Below, in pieces: positions 38,140 through 51,360 of a stretch of 64,000 nt of DNA. A program made the position numbers and the translations under genes. Source of the stretch: Sphyrna mokarran (Eukaryota); contig JAGIQG010000017.1 of the NCBI GenBank assembly GCA_024679065.1, positions 37,882,001-37,946,000 on the forward strand, written 5' to 3'. How positions within the stretch are numbered: the stretch's first letter is position 1; each line of letters starts with the position of its first letter. Below the pieces are notes generated by a model, which was not told the origin of the DNA, made no database searches, and worked only from the letters and a program-made list of their open reading frames with translations.

Positions 38140-40455
38140 TAAATAAAAGCAAAATTTTCCAGAAAAAATCGGCAAGTCATACATTATCTTTGGAACGAGA
38201 ACCAGTGTTAACATTTCAGGTTGATGAGGCGGGTGGGACAAGGCAAAAAACAGCCTGTGATAGCTTAAAAGGCAGAAGAGAACGAAGTCAGAAGTGTTAG
38301 TCTACTAGAGCCAAAAACACTGATGCTTGGAATACGAAAAGAAACAAAAGATTTGCCTGCAGCCAGATGTGCCACAGTCTGAAACAAAAAAAACAAAACA
38401 TGCAAGGAAAAGGAGGCAAAATCAGGGACAGAGTTTATTTGCTGAACTTAATGGTGGTGCAGAAAACTGAAAAGCAGTTAAACAATAGGTGGAGTGCTTT
38501 TCCTGAAGCTGATACTGCGCGTCACGGGGATGCTGCAGCACTCCAAGAACAATGATGTTGAGATGAGAGCCAGCTGGAGAATTAAAGGGCACAGTTTAAG
38601 GCCTATTAACCATGGGCGCAAATCTCATTATCGCGAGAGGCCAGAAATGGAATTTGTGCTGGTGAGATTTTGGAATATGATCTCCCTGGGCCTTCCCCAA
38701 TGACATAATCATGTTTGTGCCCAGGAAGGTCATGAGTTTGAAGGCCCTGGAATGTGCTCCAGGATATCCTGCTCCCATTTGGTGTTCATGGGTCCCTGGC
38801 TTTCTTCGTGGGGTGAAGGGGCAACTGGAGTGAGTTTCAGAAACCTGAACGTCATCTGAACCATACAGTTGAAGCCCTCACCATGGCTCTCAGGATCTGA
38901 GTTGTGTTTTGGAGTTTATCCATCATGGGTATAGCGCCATGCTCCAAACTTTCCACTATGGATGCCACATTTGCTGTGTTGGCCTAGATGCCGTGCATTG
39001 GCGGCACCATCTCCTGTGACGGAAGATTGAGGGGTTCCTCCATTCAACCCTGCAGCTGCAGGAGCGTCACTGATAATCCCTCCTGGTAATCTCAGCTCTG
39101 CTTTTGCATGTCCAGTAGCTGAGGGATCAGTGTATCCAGAGGCAGGGCACCTGACTGGCACAGCTGAGCCCTGGGATCCAGCAGACCTCCAATTGTCCGA
39201 TCCCTGGGACATTCCTATCTCCATCTGATGTGCAGTAGAAGCTTGGTGGTGCTCAGCAGATAGTGATCCAGACATTTGCCTGCTAATGCCACCGAGGTGT
39301 GTTTTTGCACTGGCGGGTGAAAGCTGTTGCATGTCTTTGGTGTTCAATGCACCTAACCAGCACGAATCTCAGACTGTAGGAGGAAATCAGAGCAAGCAGA
39401 GGAAACCCGCACAAACACGGGGAGAATCTCCAGCACCTTCTCCAAAATGGTGACGAGGTTGGGCAGTGGGTTGCTGATGGTGGATGTGCCGGGCTGTTTG
39501 GGTGATGTTCCTATTAGGTAAGGAAGATGGTATTAGTACATGTCCTGCTCAATGATTTGGATTGTGCAGGACTCACTTGAGTTTGATCATCCGGTTGAAG
39601 GTGCATTGGCTCCTCACTTTTCTCTTGCACACACATCTATGGGCAGCACAGTGGTTAGCACTACTGCCTCACAGCACCAGGGACCTGGGTTCAATTCCGG
39701 CCTTGGGTCACTGTCTGTGTGGAGTTTGTATGTTTTCCCCATGTCTGCATGGGTTTCCTCCAGCTGCTCCAGTTTCCTTGGCATTTTTCCCATGGGAGAA
39801 AATTGTTTTCTCCCTAAATGTCTAAAAATTGTGATCCACGTCCTGCCACCAGGGTTAATGGGGTCACACCAGCATTCGTGCTGAAATTGATATTTTGGAT
39901 GGAATTTGCAAAGTGACAGTCCGCAGCAAGTTTGGGGTCTTGTTTGAGAACTGAATGGGAAGTGCTCCACAAAATGATCACCCAATTTGTGTTTAGCCTC
40001 CTCTATGTCAGGGAAACCCGACTATGAGCAGCAAATACAGATAAGATTGCAAGAAGTATGTGTAAATTGGTCCTTCATCTGGAAGGAATGCTTGGAGCAT
40101 TGAACAATGAGGAGGGAAAACGGCAGGTGATATTGTTCCTGCATTTGCATGAGAATGTGCCCTGAGAAGGGAACTGAGACTTTGGGGATGATTGAGGAAT
40201 GGACCAGGATCTCATCGAGGAAACAGTCAAATTGGAATGCTGGGGGGGATGGGGAGGAGATGGGAAGATGGATTTGATGGTTGTTGCACATTGGAGGTGG
40301 TTTCAGTGGTGGAAAATTATGCCTTGGATATGGAGGCTAGTGGAGTTGAAGGTTAGAACAGGAGAAACCCTATTGTGCTTCTGGGAGAGAGGAGAAAGGA
40401 TGAGAGCAGATGAGAACATGTGGTGGACATTGTCAAGGGCATTGTCCCCTGCTGA
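38140..40455 (-). mobile_element. Decayed Penelope-like retroelement (GIY-YIG region about 39940-40455; 3' terminal part about 38140-38600) with nested insertions
   Basis: Minus-strand fragments RVSPVLTFNSTSLHIQGIIFHH, FQMKDQFTHTSCNLICI and LGDHFVEH match the Penelope RT-linker/GIY-YIG pattern (FTCTSSNLVYCI..YIGETKRRLGDRFAEH). The terminal motif at 38140-38225 matches the hammerhead-bearing short copies. Confidence 0.75.
39641..39778 (+). mobile_element. HE1-type SINE 5' half
   Basis: gggcagcacagtggttagcactactgcctcacagcaccagggacctgggttcaattcc. Confidence 0.88.
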
Positions 40456-42727
40456 GCTGCCTTTATAATTTTCATTCTTGTTTTCAAACACTTCTGCAAT
40501 CTTACAATCTGCTTCAGCCAATTTCGCACTCATTGCTTTTATGATGCTGCCTATTGTGCAGATTGTCACCTTTCCACTCCCCCGTTGGTGGCACAGTTTT
40601 AACCCTGCCCTCTGAAATCCCTTTGCTACCTTTCATTCCAGATTGAAAAAACATCAAATGATACCACGAGAGCCATTTTGTTAGATGATAGCCAATGCCA
40701 GTTATTTTGATCTAACCAGAATGTGAATGAGTATAGCTGCAAGATTCAAAAGCAATCCATCTCACAGTACAGGAGTGTTGACTTGCTATCCAAAGTAGAC
40801 TGAGACTTTTAGAACTGTAAGATGTTGTACACAATAAGATAAGGTTCGCTATCTTTGATTTTGGTAATTTTCTCCAAGATATAATTAGTGGACCCTTGCA
40901 CATTAGAGAAGTACAGTTGAACCAGTAAACATTCTGTTCTCGTGCCTTGTGTTTAGATTTAAAGAATGGGATACAACATGTAAATTCATATTGCTTAGGC
41001 TCAAGAAGTCATCCATCAGGTCAGCCTGTGACATGTCTGATCACTGCACATATTTGTGCAGAATTTGGCTTTCCCATGTTAGTAAGTGTTCTGGAGCCAG
41101 GAAGGCGTGACATAGAAATGATGGAGTGCTGTGTTCTGACTGACCACTTCAAACCTCTTATTATGATAAATCTGTATTCAGAAAGAACATATATGAACTC
41201 CCTCATGCATATTTAACCTGGCCAAGAGACTTTAGTTGTTTAAAGCAGTTTTTGTGATGTAATACAATTGTGTGACACAGTTTATTGCCGAGTTTTTGTT
41301 AAGTATCTAGTCTGCTTGTATCATAAAGTTGAACAAAGTATTGAACCTGAAGAATTGTAAAAATACCTTTCAAGAATGAAGGATGCTGAAAACACCCAGC
41401 AGACCTGGCAGTACCTGTAAGGAGAGAAAGCAAAATTAACATTTTGAATTCTTTTTAGCTTTGCATCAGCACTATAAAATAGTTTGCTGTGTGTTATAAT
41501 CATGTGGATAAATAGTAAGAATCTGTAAAATGATCTACAAATTCATCTTCCATAATAACATGCCTACCAGAGTATCTGACAACATTAAAATTAGTTTAAC
41601 TATTTTGATTTTAGCAAGAATATTTTAGAATGGCTTTCCTTATCTTAATTCCAAGCCATTATTCAATAAAGCTTGTCCAATTTGTATGATGGTTGTATGT
41701 AATCTTTGTTGAGGAGAAGGAGCCAGGGTTGGCATTAAACATTAGTTAATGAAGAATTAGTCTTGTACAGTTCATAAAATTAAATGATAATTTGTTAAGA
41801 GTCTCGGTTGTAATATTTATGAAGCCATTAGGCATTGATTATGTTTGAAACTGCTAACATGCACAGCGGGGAATACATTGTCATTGCAGCCAAAATGATT
41901 AAATGAATGGCTCCTCTCCTGCAGCAGGGTGTTTGCCAAGTCTAGACTGCAGCAAAGGGAGCAAGGAATGATATACACTTGTCTCTTCACCGTTTGCTGT
42001 TTAATAGTAAACTGAAACTCGTTGAAGCCGAACTTGGCAAGTTAGCAGACATCCTAGAAACTCGGCAGGTCTATGAGGATATGTCAAAACAGCAACTTGG
42101 GTTGAAACTTTTGAGTGAGAGAACGGTAATGTTTGTGATAGATGGGAATTAACTAAATCAAAGGGAAACTGACTATACATGTGAATCTTGTAATAATAAA
42201 AAAGCAGAGCTTGTAGCATTTTTCTTTTCTCCTTCAGAAGTGTGCATCTAAATAATTAACTCAAGGAATTAGCTTAAAATGTTCTTAAAGTTGTAAAGTG
42301 GACAAAGAAATTAAATAGTATTTTTTCAGAAGAATTGGGCACAATAAATCAATTGGATTGATTGTGCCTGTCCTAATCCAGGCCTGATTCTGCTCAATAA
42401 CCACACGATTGTTACAATCTCCTGTAACTGATAAGAAATGACTTGAACTTGGACAGACTAATTGTATTTAAGTTGTCCTGACAAAAATGCAGTGGCATTT
42501 TTTTTAATTCTTCAAAGGATCAATGTGTTAATGTTAAAAAAATGCAAATTGTGAAAGAATTCACAGTGAAATATTTGGAATCTGTTACAACTCTACTTGA
42601 ATTAGTTGGTATGAATGTGTGCTCTATAAATCCTAGACTCCTTGTAATGTGTTGTTTTCATTTATATATGTCAATGTGAAAATTGTTTTACATTGGGAAT
42701 GGTTACCTCTTATATTAGCCAGACTTG

Positions 42728-43152
42728 TAGAACATAGAACAGTACAGGTCAGTACAGGCCGCTCAGCCCTTGATGTTGTGCCAACCTACGTCCGAACCCA
42801 AGATTAAGCTATTCCACACCCTATCATTTGGTGTGCTCCATTTGCCTATCCAATAACCGCTTGAAAGTTCTTAAAGTGTCCGACTCCACTATCACAGCAG
42901 ACAGTGCATTCCACACCCCAACCACTCTCTGAGTAAAGAATCTACCTCGGACATCACTTCTATATTTCCCACCATGAACCTTATAGTTATGCCCCCTATT
43001 AACACCTACATCCACCCAATGAAATAGTCTTTGCCATGTCCATTCTATCTGTTCCCCTCATCATCTTATAAACCTCTATTAAGTCGCCTCTCATCCTCCT
43101 CTAAAGAGAAAAGCCCCAACTCCCTCAACCTTTCCTCGTAAGACCTACCCTT
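42728..43152 (-). mobile_element. CR1-like LINE 3' fragment
   Basis: Minus strand RGHNYKVHGGKYRSDVRGRFFTQRVVGVWNAL; tail agaacatagaacag on +. Confidence 0.92.
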
Positions 43153-44792
43153 ATTACGTAAAGTAATCAGATTCTTTTTCTGATGCTGAGAATTATTTAA
43201 CAACTTCAAATTTCTTAAAGATAAAGTCCAATAAACTGGGTGTTACTAGATATTAGCAGTTCGCTCAGTGGATGTTCCGTATCAGCAAAACTGTTAAATG
43301 AGTAGTTCAAATTTGCTAAGGTTTCAACACATTGAAAGATACATTTCAGCAATTTTGAAGTGTCACAGAAATAGTCATATATTATGTCTGGAATCTTATA
43401 ATAGTATACAACTGCAGTGATTGGAGATTTGGCTGGCTGCCAGATTCAAAACTTCAGATTTTTGGCCATGTGAAGTTGAACAATGAGAGATATGCTTGGA
43501 TCTTGCTGTAACTTCTTACTGTATTGAAGGCTTTATACATTTAGTAGAAATGAATATAGTTTTTTTTAAAAAGATCAGCTTAATTTGCATTTTATTTCCA
43601 CTGTACTACACTGCATTTCCAACAGAGTTTTCAGAATACTTGTTTAAATAAAACACCTTGGCCACTTTTGATGTAACCCATAACACAATTTTCACTGCTC
43701 ACCAGTCAAACCTTAGGCTTCATCAGGACAGACTGTATCTGTAATTCATGCCAAAAGGGTGCAGAAGAGCACACCTACTTGGTCTAGGAATTTGCTACCA
43801 GCCTTGCTCACTTTCGGATTTCAGTCTCCCACCTGATTGCTTCAATCTGAAAGTAAGAGTTAGTCACATTAAACACAGCCCCTTGTCAGTTGCAATGGTT
43901 AGCAATAAAATAAGGCCCCAGTTTTTAATCCAGGGCTATCGGTGAACAACCAATCAATGAGCAGGAAGTGGTTGTGAATGAAGACTCCTTGAGGAAGGCC
44001 AAACATGTAAGTAATTGTTACATTATCAAGCAATTCATTAATTACAGTATTGACTCTGGAAGGTTGTAAAGTGACATTGTTTAAAAGTGTTTTTTTTCCA
44101 TTGTACACACCCTTTGGTGAAGTTTGCCTTCTGATAAGCGTGCAGGAATACTAATCTAGAGAAATTAATCAACAGTGACTGGCTGGTGTTTGGCATTGTA
44201 TTAGGTTGCCATGTAATCTACTGGGACATGCAAGATGTTCACATATAGCAGGACATCGCAGAGTAGTTTACATTATGGTCAATCAAGTCTTGTTTGGGGA
44301 TTCTCATTTATAACATGGTCTTTATTCTGTTGTCGCCTTAACAAATTTGTGGAAGTGTTGTTTCTGGCCGAGGAGGATCATTAAAAGTTGTCAGTCAGAA
44401 ATTTAGTATTTATTTTGCATCTCTTTTCACAAATAGGCATTTGCGGCATGGTGTCAGCCTTTAAATTTAGCTTTTTTGGGCATGTTGATTGTGATTTTTC
44501 AAAGCAGCGCCAAGAAAAGGATCTGAGATTGCCACTGCCTTGTAGAAAAACCTTCTATGTGATTTTGATCTGATATGCAGTGCTATGACTCAAGCAATAT
44601 TTGCACTTCTTGTCCTTTGCTACCGCAGCCCATGGATTGCCTGATTGACCCCATTTTCCTCAGAAACCTTTGACCCCATTGTTAGCTTGGTCACCATGGT
44701 GTTATTGTAACATTTGCAAGTAGCAGCTGTTTAACACATTGTATTTTAACTGCAATGTTTGCTGTTCGGTGTTTACCATACTGATCTCTCCG

Positions 44793-44815
44793 CCCCCCCC
44801 CCCCCCCCCCCCCCA
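44793..44815. repeat. Poly-C homopolymer
   Basis: About 23 consecutive C. Confidence 0.9.
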
Positions 44816-45177
44816 AATGATCTGCACAACATCTCCTCATTTATTCAGCAAAAGAGGCTGGCAGGCCTAAAAGCTTTAGATATGTTTGTATCCAAGAAAA
44901 AATCAGTAATTTCTAAGGCAGAATTATCAAGATGTCACACTTAAAGAAAATCAGCTTTATCAACACCAGACAAAATGATTTGACATTTTAAATAAATAAT
45001 ATTCAAAGAATCTTTCTCCTTGCCTCTGGATATTATTTGTTTAGGTGCAGTATTTAGTTTGAAATGAGCTTTATCTATTTTTTTACAACCAAGTTAGGAG
45101 AGTGGCTACTTGTTTCAAATAACCTTTCACATTTTTACACTGACTTCATGAATCTTTTCACAGTGATTAACAGAGCT

Positions 45178-45455
45178 GCATCACAGTGCCACAGACCTGG
45201 ATTCAATTCCCATCTTGGTTACTGTCTGTGCAAAATTTGCATGTTCTCCCCGTGTCTGTGTGGGTTTCTTCCAGATGCTCTGGTTTCCTCCCACAGTCCA
45301 AAAGACATGCTGGCTAGGTGCATTGGCCATGCTAAATTCTCCCTCAGTGTACCCGAACAGGCTACAGACTGTGACAACTAAGGGGTTTTTCACAGTAACT
45401 TCATTGCAGTGTTAATGTAAGCCTACTTGTAACACTAATAAATAAACTTAAACTT
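45178..45455 (+). mobile_element. HE1-type SINE, alternative-tail subfamily
   Basis: Core plus tail gtacccgaacagg...ttcacagtaacttcattgcagtgttaatgtaagcctacttg. Confidence 0.88.
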
Positions 45456-45909
45456 TTACCTGCAATCAGTTCAGTTCATCAGAGATGTCCTCCATAGCAC
45501 GTTCATGCATAAGCTTTTAACTTTAAAGCTAAGCAGTTTCTGATTGATTGCAACCCAGATACTGGTCACAGGGTCTCTCACGAATTATTTAACTACAAAT
45601 CACCTGAGATAATTTGAAACAAATCTTCTAGGAACTGGATTTTCACACTCAAATTGCAGATCCGAAACTTTAATACTGGCATGGTCTTCCTCAGTTTCGA
45701 AAGGAAAAACCATGAATTGTGTCTTTTAATTCCTCTAAGTTAATCTACACTTTCGACTCAAAATGCTGGAGCTTCCATCATACATATTTCTTTCAACTCT
45801 CCATGGGACTGGTGGACTGATAGACTGAAGCATGGTTGCTTGGCACATGACTCCAGTGGGACAATTAATGTGGCACTCATTGATATATATTCATAGAACA
45901 TATATTCCT

Positions 45910-46195
45910 GACAGCACAGTGGTTTGCACTGCTGCCCCACAGAACCAGAGACCTGGCTTTGGTTCCACGTTTGGGATATTGTCATGTTCCCCCGGTATCT
46001 GTGTGGATTTCCTCTGGGTGCATCAGTTTCCTCCCATAGTCCAAAGATGTGCGGGTTAGCACGGCCAATCCACCTTAGTATCTGGGACTAGCTAGAGTAA
46101 ATGCATGGAGTTAATGGGAAAGAGCCTGGGTGGGATTGCGATCGGTGCAGACTCCGCGGACCAATTGGCCTCCTTCCGCACTGTAGGATTCTATA
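45910..46195 (+). mobile_element. HE1-type SINE
   Basis: Head cagcacagtggtttgcactgctgcc; tail gcctccttccgcactgtaggattcta. Confidence 0.85.
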
Positions 46196-46229
46196 ATTAG
46201 TTATTAGTTCTTTATGAAGAATATAACAA

Positions 46230-46765
46230 CATAACCATAGACTTTCATTTATATTGCATCTTTGACTGCTTGACAATGTCACAAAGAGCATTACAGCCAA
46301 TGATATACAGTGTGTTGGCGCTGTTTTAATGTTAGAAGCACAGCATTAACTTGTTGACACTTAGGTTCTACAAACAACAATGCAATAAGGCATGCTTACT
46401 AGAATGCAAAGAGCTCTGTTGAAGGGTCATCCAGACTTGAAACTTTAGCTGTATTTTCTCTTCACGGATGCTGCCAGATCTGTTGAGGTTTTCCAGCATT
46501 TTCTGTTTCTGTATCTTTTTTAGTGATGTTGATTGAAAGATAAATATTGTTGAGGGCACTGGGACAAAATCCCCTGTGTTTTTTCAGCATTGAATCCTGT
46601 CTGTTTTCATAGGGGTAGACAGGGCCTCCACTGAACAAGTCAGCTGAGAGACAGTACCTCCTGCAATGCAGCAGGCTTTCAGTACTACATTGGAGTGTCA
46701 GCCTAGGTTTTGTGCTCAAGTGATCTTGAACCAATTCAGATCAAAGATGAGAGAACTACCCTTGA
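46230..46765 (-). mobile_element. Deu-domain SINE (SacSINE1/AmnSINE1-like), split by a Penelope fragment
   Basis: Minus strand ggctgacactccaatgtagtactga...ggaggtactgtc...aatatttatctttcaatcaacatcac matches the Deu domain as I recall it. Confidence 0.7.
46405..46513 (+). mobile_element. Penelope-like terminal fragment with degenerate hammerhead (46412-46450)
   Basis: agct CTGTTGA a gggtc atcca gactt GAAA cttt agct, then the recurrent cagcattttctgttt tail. Confidence 0.72.
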
Positions 46766-49187
46766 GGACTTAGTTTTAACCGTCACAAACTGCTATAGTT
46801 GCAAAACATCAACAAAACTAGGATTATTGTTGAGTTGGGAGAGCTGTATTGTACATCGAACATTCAATCCTGCAACAGAATTTGAGAACAATTCACTCTC
46901 GGCTCACGTAAGGAAGTTTAAGTGCTCTGTTTGTGATTAATGAACTGCATTATTGATTAATGTTAGCACTTCACATTTAAATGCTCAAACTTTGTTTGTA
47001 AAAACTGTTCTACTTGAAACAAATCCCTTGAATCATAACTATTCACATGGATTAATGCGCACAGCCAGATAGCAGACCTACTGATTGTATAAATAAGTGC
47101 ATACAATAAACACGCTCATCTCAATTTGCAGGTTACTTATATTTATGAGCGGTATATCAGATGAAATATGGGAATTTAAAAATTGATAATGTTGCATTGA
47201 CCTGTTTCCCAAGCAGAGTTGTTACTCCTTCCCCTGAACTTCACGTGTGTCCCTGAAGTCACAGCAGTTTTTGAGTGACCTACTAATACAGGATTAGTTG
47301 ATTATTATTCTCTCAAATCTTCACTCACAACTGGTATGGAAAGACTTGTATTTTTATAGCACCTTTCACAATCTTCCAAAGTGCTTACTTTTGAAATGCA
47401 GTCAGTCCTGTAATGCAGGAAACAGCCATGACTATATTTCAAACAGGTTGTGAAGTGCTTTGGGATGTTCTGAGATTGTGAAAGTATTATATATACCTTC
47501 TGTCCTTCCTCCATCTATCTTCCTTTCTTTTGCTCCCCTCCTTTCGGTTTCTAGCTTTTTCTCGGTTTTTGATTGAGGATTTAGATGTATGTAAACAGGC
47601 TGTTAAAGTGTAAATTCCATCCCTGTTGTCCAAGCCACACTAACTGAAGCCTTGCTTAGAGCAAGGCTTTACGTTTGATCAAAGCAGTCTTGAACCTGCA
47701 TTGAAGCGAAGCATAATGCAGGAGTCACAATAGCTGGCATTTTGCGTGGAAGGCAAGTTTAAGAGGTTGCCAAAGAAGCCCAATAAACTTGATAAATGTG
47801 ACTTTGAATCATTTTCGTTTTTGAGGGGAGACCCTACACTCGTCAACTTATTTTTTGTGTAACACAAAAGTTTTAAGTAGCATCTAGAAACCAGTGGGTG
47901 GAGCTCTTGAACATACAAACACATATGTACAGAACTCGATTGTCACTGAACAGAGAGCAACAAAGGAGCTGGACTAACACAACTCTGCTCTGGTCCAGAA
48001 GCTATTATCTGTGGTTCATCTGACTCCATATTATGAGCAGTCATGCTTATTTACTCTTTTTTTTGTGCAAGGTGTAATATAAAGACCACTGTTTTGCCTT
48101 AAGAAAATGACCACGTGGTTTGGTGTTCCTCGATTTTTGTAATGCATTTAACGATAGTTCCATTATCACTGCCACAATGTCAGTAGCACAGGCACATGTT
48201 TCCACCTGTGCAATGCTTCTTGAGTAGATCAGGGAGGTAGTGGTTGGAATTGTCTTTAAACTTTGCACCCAAGGCCCACCCAATGCAATGTTTGAGTTGG
48301 CACCAACTTACTCATTCCTTCTAAGAATTAAGCAGAGGCTGAATAAATACAAGAGCCCTATTCTGATTCTGGAATCCTGCAAAGAATTCTATCACTACTT
48401 AGTATTGCTGCCCCTAGTTTCTCATCCTGCTTCAGAACTATCAATGGCATAAGTGGGAAAGTTACCATTTTTAGCAGTATTTAACAGGATTCTCTTCTGT
48501 TCTCAGTGCAACAAGCTGCAAAAGCTTTGGAGAGACATTTTGCTCCCATCAGATAGTGGTTTTTGATTACTTAGACCATATCAGTGTGTTTGTTCCACCC
48601 TTACGGCCTTACCAATTTGAAATGGACTTCAAGCAACTTTTTTTTATTATCACAAGGAATCCCAACAATTCCACTCTAGCTAGAAGAAGAGGTGACTCGG
48701 GAGAATGGAGAGTGCAGCGCTGCAAGTATAAGGAGAGCAAATAGAAGGAGGGGTATCATCAGAAGCCTTACCTGCCTCTCTCCAAACAGAGAGTGTAAAG
48801 ACCCAGTGGAGCGGCAGTATCTATGGCAGCTGCACCATTGCAAGAAGGAAGCTGGCACAGAATCATGCCACTTCTAGCAACAAGGTCTGCAAGTAGCATT
48901 GCCTGCTGCAGTCAGGATCATTGTGTTCTCATTATTCAAACATCAGCTTCTTCGCTGACCCCCACTCCCACCCCAGAGTTTTTTCCAGACTCCCGCAGGG
49001 GTTGTCAACAGCATTAGTCAGTTTGCAGCTCATGCATTAAACAGGTAATTGATACCATGTATGGCAGAGCAAACTCCTTCACCTCTTCAGTAACCAAAAT
49101 CAGCAAGGCAAAGCTCTGGTGTTTACTCAGATTGAAGGATTTTCCCACATCTTGGACACCATTGGCAATGCCTGTGTCATCCTGTGA

Positions 49188-49272
49188 GCACAGTAAAAAA
49201 TTCTCACAACACCACGTTAAAGTCCAACAGGTTTATTTGTTAGTAAACGCCACAAGCTTTCGGGGCTCTGCT
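49188..49272 (-). mobile_element. Fragment of the same Penelope-derived family as 3343-3599 and 60771-60938
   Basis: gcacagtaaaaaattctcacaacaccacgttaaagtccaacaggtttatttg...aagctttcgggg, near-identical to 60802-60872. Confidence 0.75.
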
Positions 49273-49625
49273 ATTTGGAATATTGGTTCAAATATTGTCA
49301 GTGTGGGGCAATTCTTTAAGTATGTTAGTTAGAGTTGTTCACAATTAAGTTTTCAAATCTATAATGTTTGCAACAGTAGAAACTACATACATTGCCTGAT
49401 ACATTTCTGTGCATTCCCAATACTGATCACAGAGGTAGATGTTAACCATTAATTAGCCAGGAAATTATGTAAATGAACTGGTCAACTCTTGATATGACCT
49501 CTCAGGCTGGAAGCCGAGGCCATCCCAGATTAGGTTAGCAGTGGGACCTGAGGCTACATCTTTTTGGCAACAGTCAGTAAAGTAGCTGCCACTGGGTCTA
49601 CTGGATCTATTAAGTCCTGCTTCCA

Positions 49626-49885
49626 AGTGGTTAGCATTGCTGCCTCACAGCGCCAGGAGCCCAGATTTAATTCCAGCCTCAGAAGTTTGCATGTTCTGCG
49701 TTGACTATGTGGGTTTCCTCTGGATGCTTCAGTTTCCTTCCACAGTCCAAAGGTGCGCAAGTTAAATTGATCCTAGTGTCAGGGGAATTAGCAGATATAT
49801 GCATGGGATTACAAGAATATGGCCTGGGTGGAATTGTTGTCAGTACAGAATCGATGGGCTGAATAGCTTCCTTCTGCACTGTAAG
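49626..49885 (+). mobile_element. HE1-type SINE
   Basis: Head, core and tail motifs. Confidence 0.85.
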
Positions 49886-50131
49886 GAGTGCTTAAAAATA
49901 AAAGGGCTGCCACCCAATCATTGCACTGGTAGTGGCCAATGCTGAAATTGCACCTGGAGCATTGATGCCGTGTTCCCTCAGAACCAGATCAGTTGTATCT
50001 GCAAGTTCCAAAAGCAGTGAGGTGGATCCTAATGGGGGCATTGGGAGGGGGAGGTGTAGGATGGTCATGGGTTGGCTGATAGTAGATGGTGCTGTGCTCT
50101 AGGTCGGCCTTTGCTGTTGGTGGCCGAAGAA

Positions 50132-50450
50132 AGGGTGGCACAGTGGGTAACAGTGCTGCTTCATAGCTCCAGGAACCTGGGTTCAATTTCCAGCTTGGGT
50201 CACTGTCTGTCTGGAGTTTGCACATTCTCTTCATGTCTGCGTGGGTTTCCTCTGGGTGCTCCGGTTTCTTTCCATAGCCCAAAGATGTGCGGGTTAGGTT
50301 GATTGGCCATGCTAAAAATTACCCCTTAGAGTCCTGAGATGCTTAGGTTAGAGGGATTAGCGAGTAAGTATGTAGGGATATGGGGCTGGGGTCTGGGTGG
50401 GATTGAGAGCCAAATGGCCTCTTTCTGCACTGTAGGGTTTCTATGATTTT
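50132..50450 (+). mobile_element. HE1-type SINE
   Basis: ggtggcacagtgggtaacagtgctgc...ctgcactgtagggtttctatga. Confidence 0.88.
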
Positions 50451-50729
50451 TTTGTAGCAGCAGGCTCCCCAGCTATTAATAGAAGCCAGCAGAGGTAGGA
50501 AAAGGCTCTTTTAGTTGGGCTTTTAAGTATCTGAATTGGCTCTGAACCAATGGGCCGTATTTCCTTTATCCCACCATTGGACGAATGACATGGCAAAAAA
50601 GATGACATTGGGCACTCCATCCATCATCATTTTCCAATACTATTTTCCTAACCTGCTGCCTAAAAGCAAATAAAATTCAGCCCTTTGTGTAACCAGTGGA
50701 AGTTTTCTGGCATTGTTATTGGGAAGTTA

Positions 50730-51360
50730 CAACAGCAATGATATTTATTCATGAAGTAGCTTCAGTGTTGTAAAATATACCAAGGTGTTTCACAAGAATG
50801 TTATCAAATGAAATAATCAGCTGTTAGGGCCAGTTGAAGAGAGTAAGTTTTAAAGAACATCTGAGAGGAGGAAAGGAAAGGAAGGAAGCAAAGAGGTCGA
50901 GGAAGGACATTCCAGAGCGTGGCTACCAATAGTGGAATTAAAATCAGGGACACTCAAGAGGCCAGGATTGAAGAGCCACAGATTTTTGGGACAGTTGAGT
51001 GGTTCTATTAGGATTACAGAGGTAGGGAGTGTTGAGAACCTAGAGAGATTTGAAAATGGGATGGGCATTTTAAAATTGAGGTTAAAAACAGAAAATGCTG
51101 AATAAACTCATCAGGTCTGACTGCATCTGTGGAGAGAGAAAAACACAGTTAACGTTTTGAGTCCTTTGACCTTTGAGGTATTCCCTTAATTGAGAGCCTA
51201 TGTAAGTCAGCGAGCACAGGGGTGATGGGTGAATGAGACTCGTTGCAAGTTAGGACAAGGGCAGCAGAGTTCAAGGTAGCCTTAAGTTTACACAGCGGCT
51301 GGCCAGGAGTGTGTTAGAATAGTGAAATCTGGAGGTAACAACGCCATGTATGAGGTTTTA
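50730..51360 (-). mobile_element. L2-like LINE fragment ending about 55 nt before an INPP5A exon
   Basis: Homologous to 27060-28830 and, in reverse, to 20316-20612. Confidence 0.65.
51083..51172 (-). mobile_element. Short Penelope-like terminal insertion with 7-bp TSD ttgaggt
   Basis: TSD at 51076-51082 and 51173-51179; body matches 10195-10283 and is truncated within hammerhead stem II. Confidence 0.78.

Noticed and set aside
38916-39347. 143-aa minus-strand ORF
   Set aside because: Lies within nested decayed repeats; no recognisable domain or splice context.
47647-47669. Perfect 10-bp hairpin aagccttgct-tag-agcaaggctt
   Set aside because: Isolated and too short for a pre-miRNA; plausible by chance in 64 kb.
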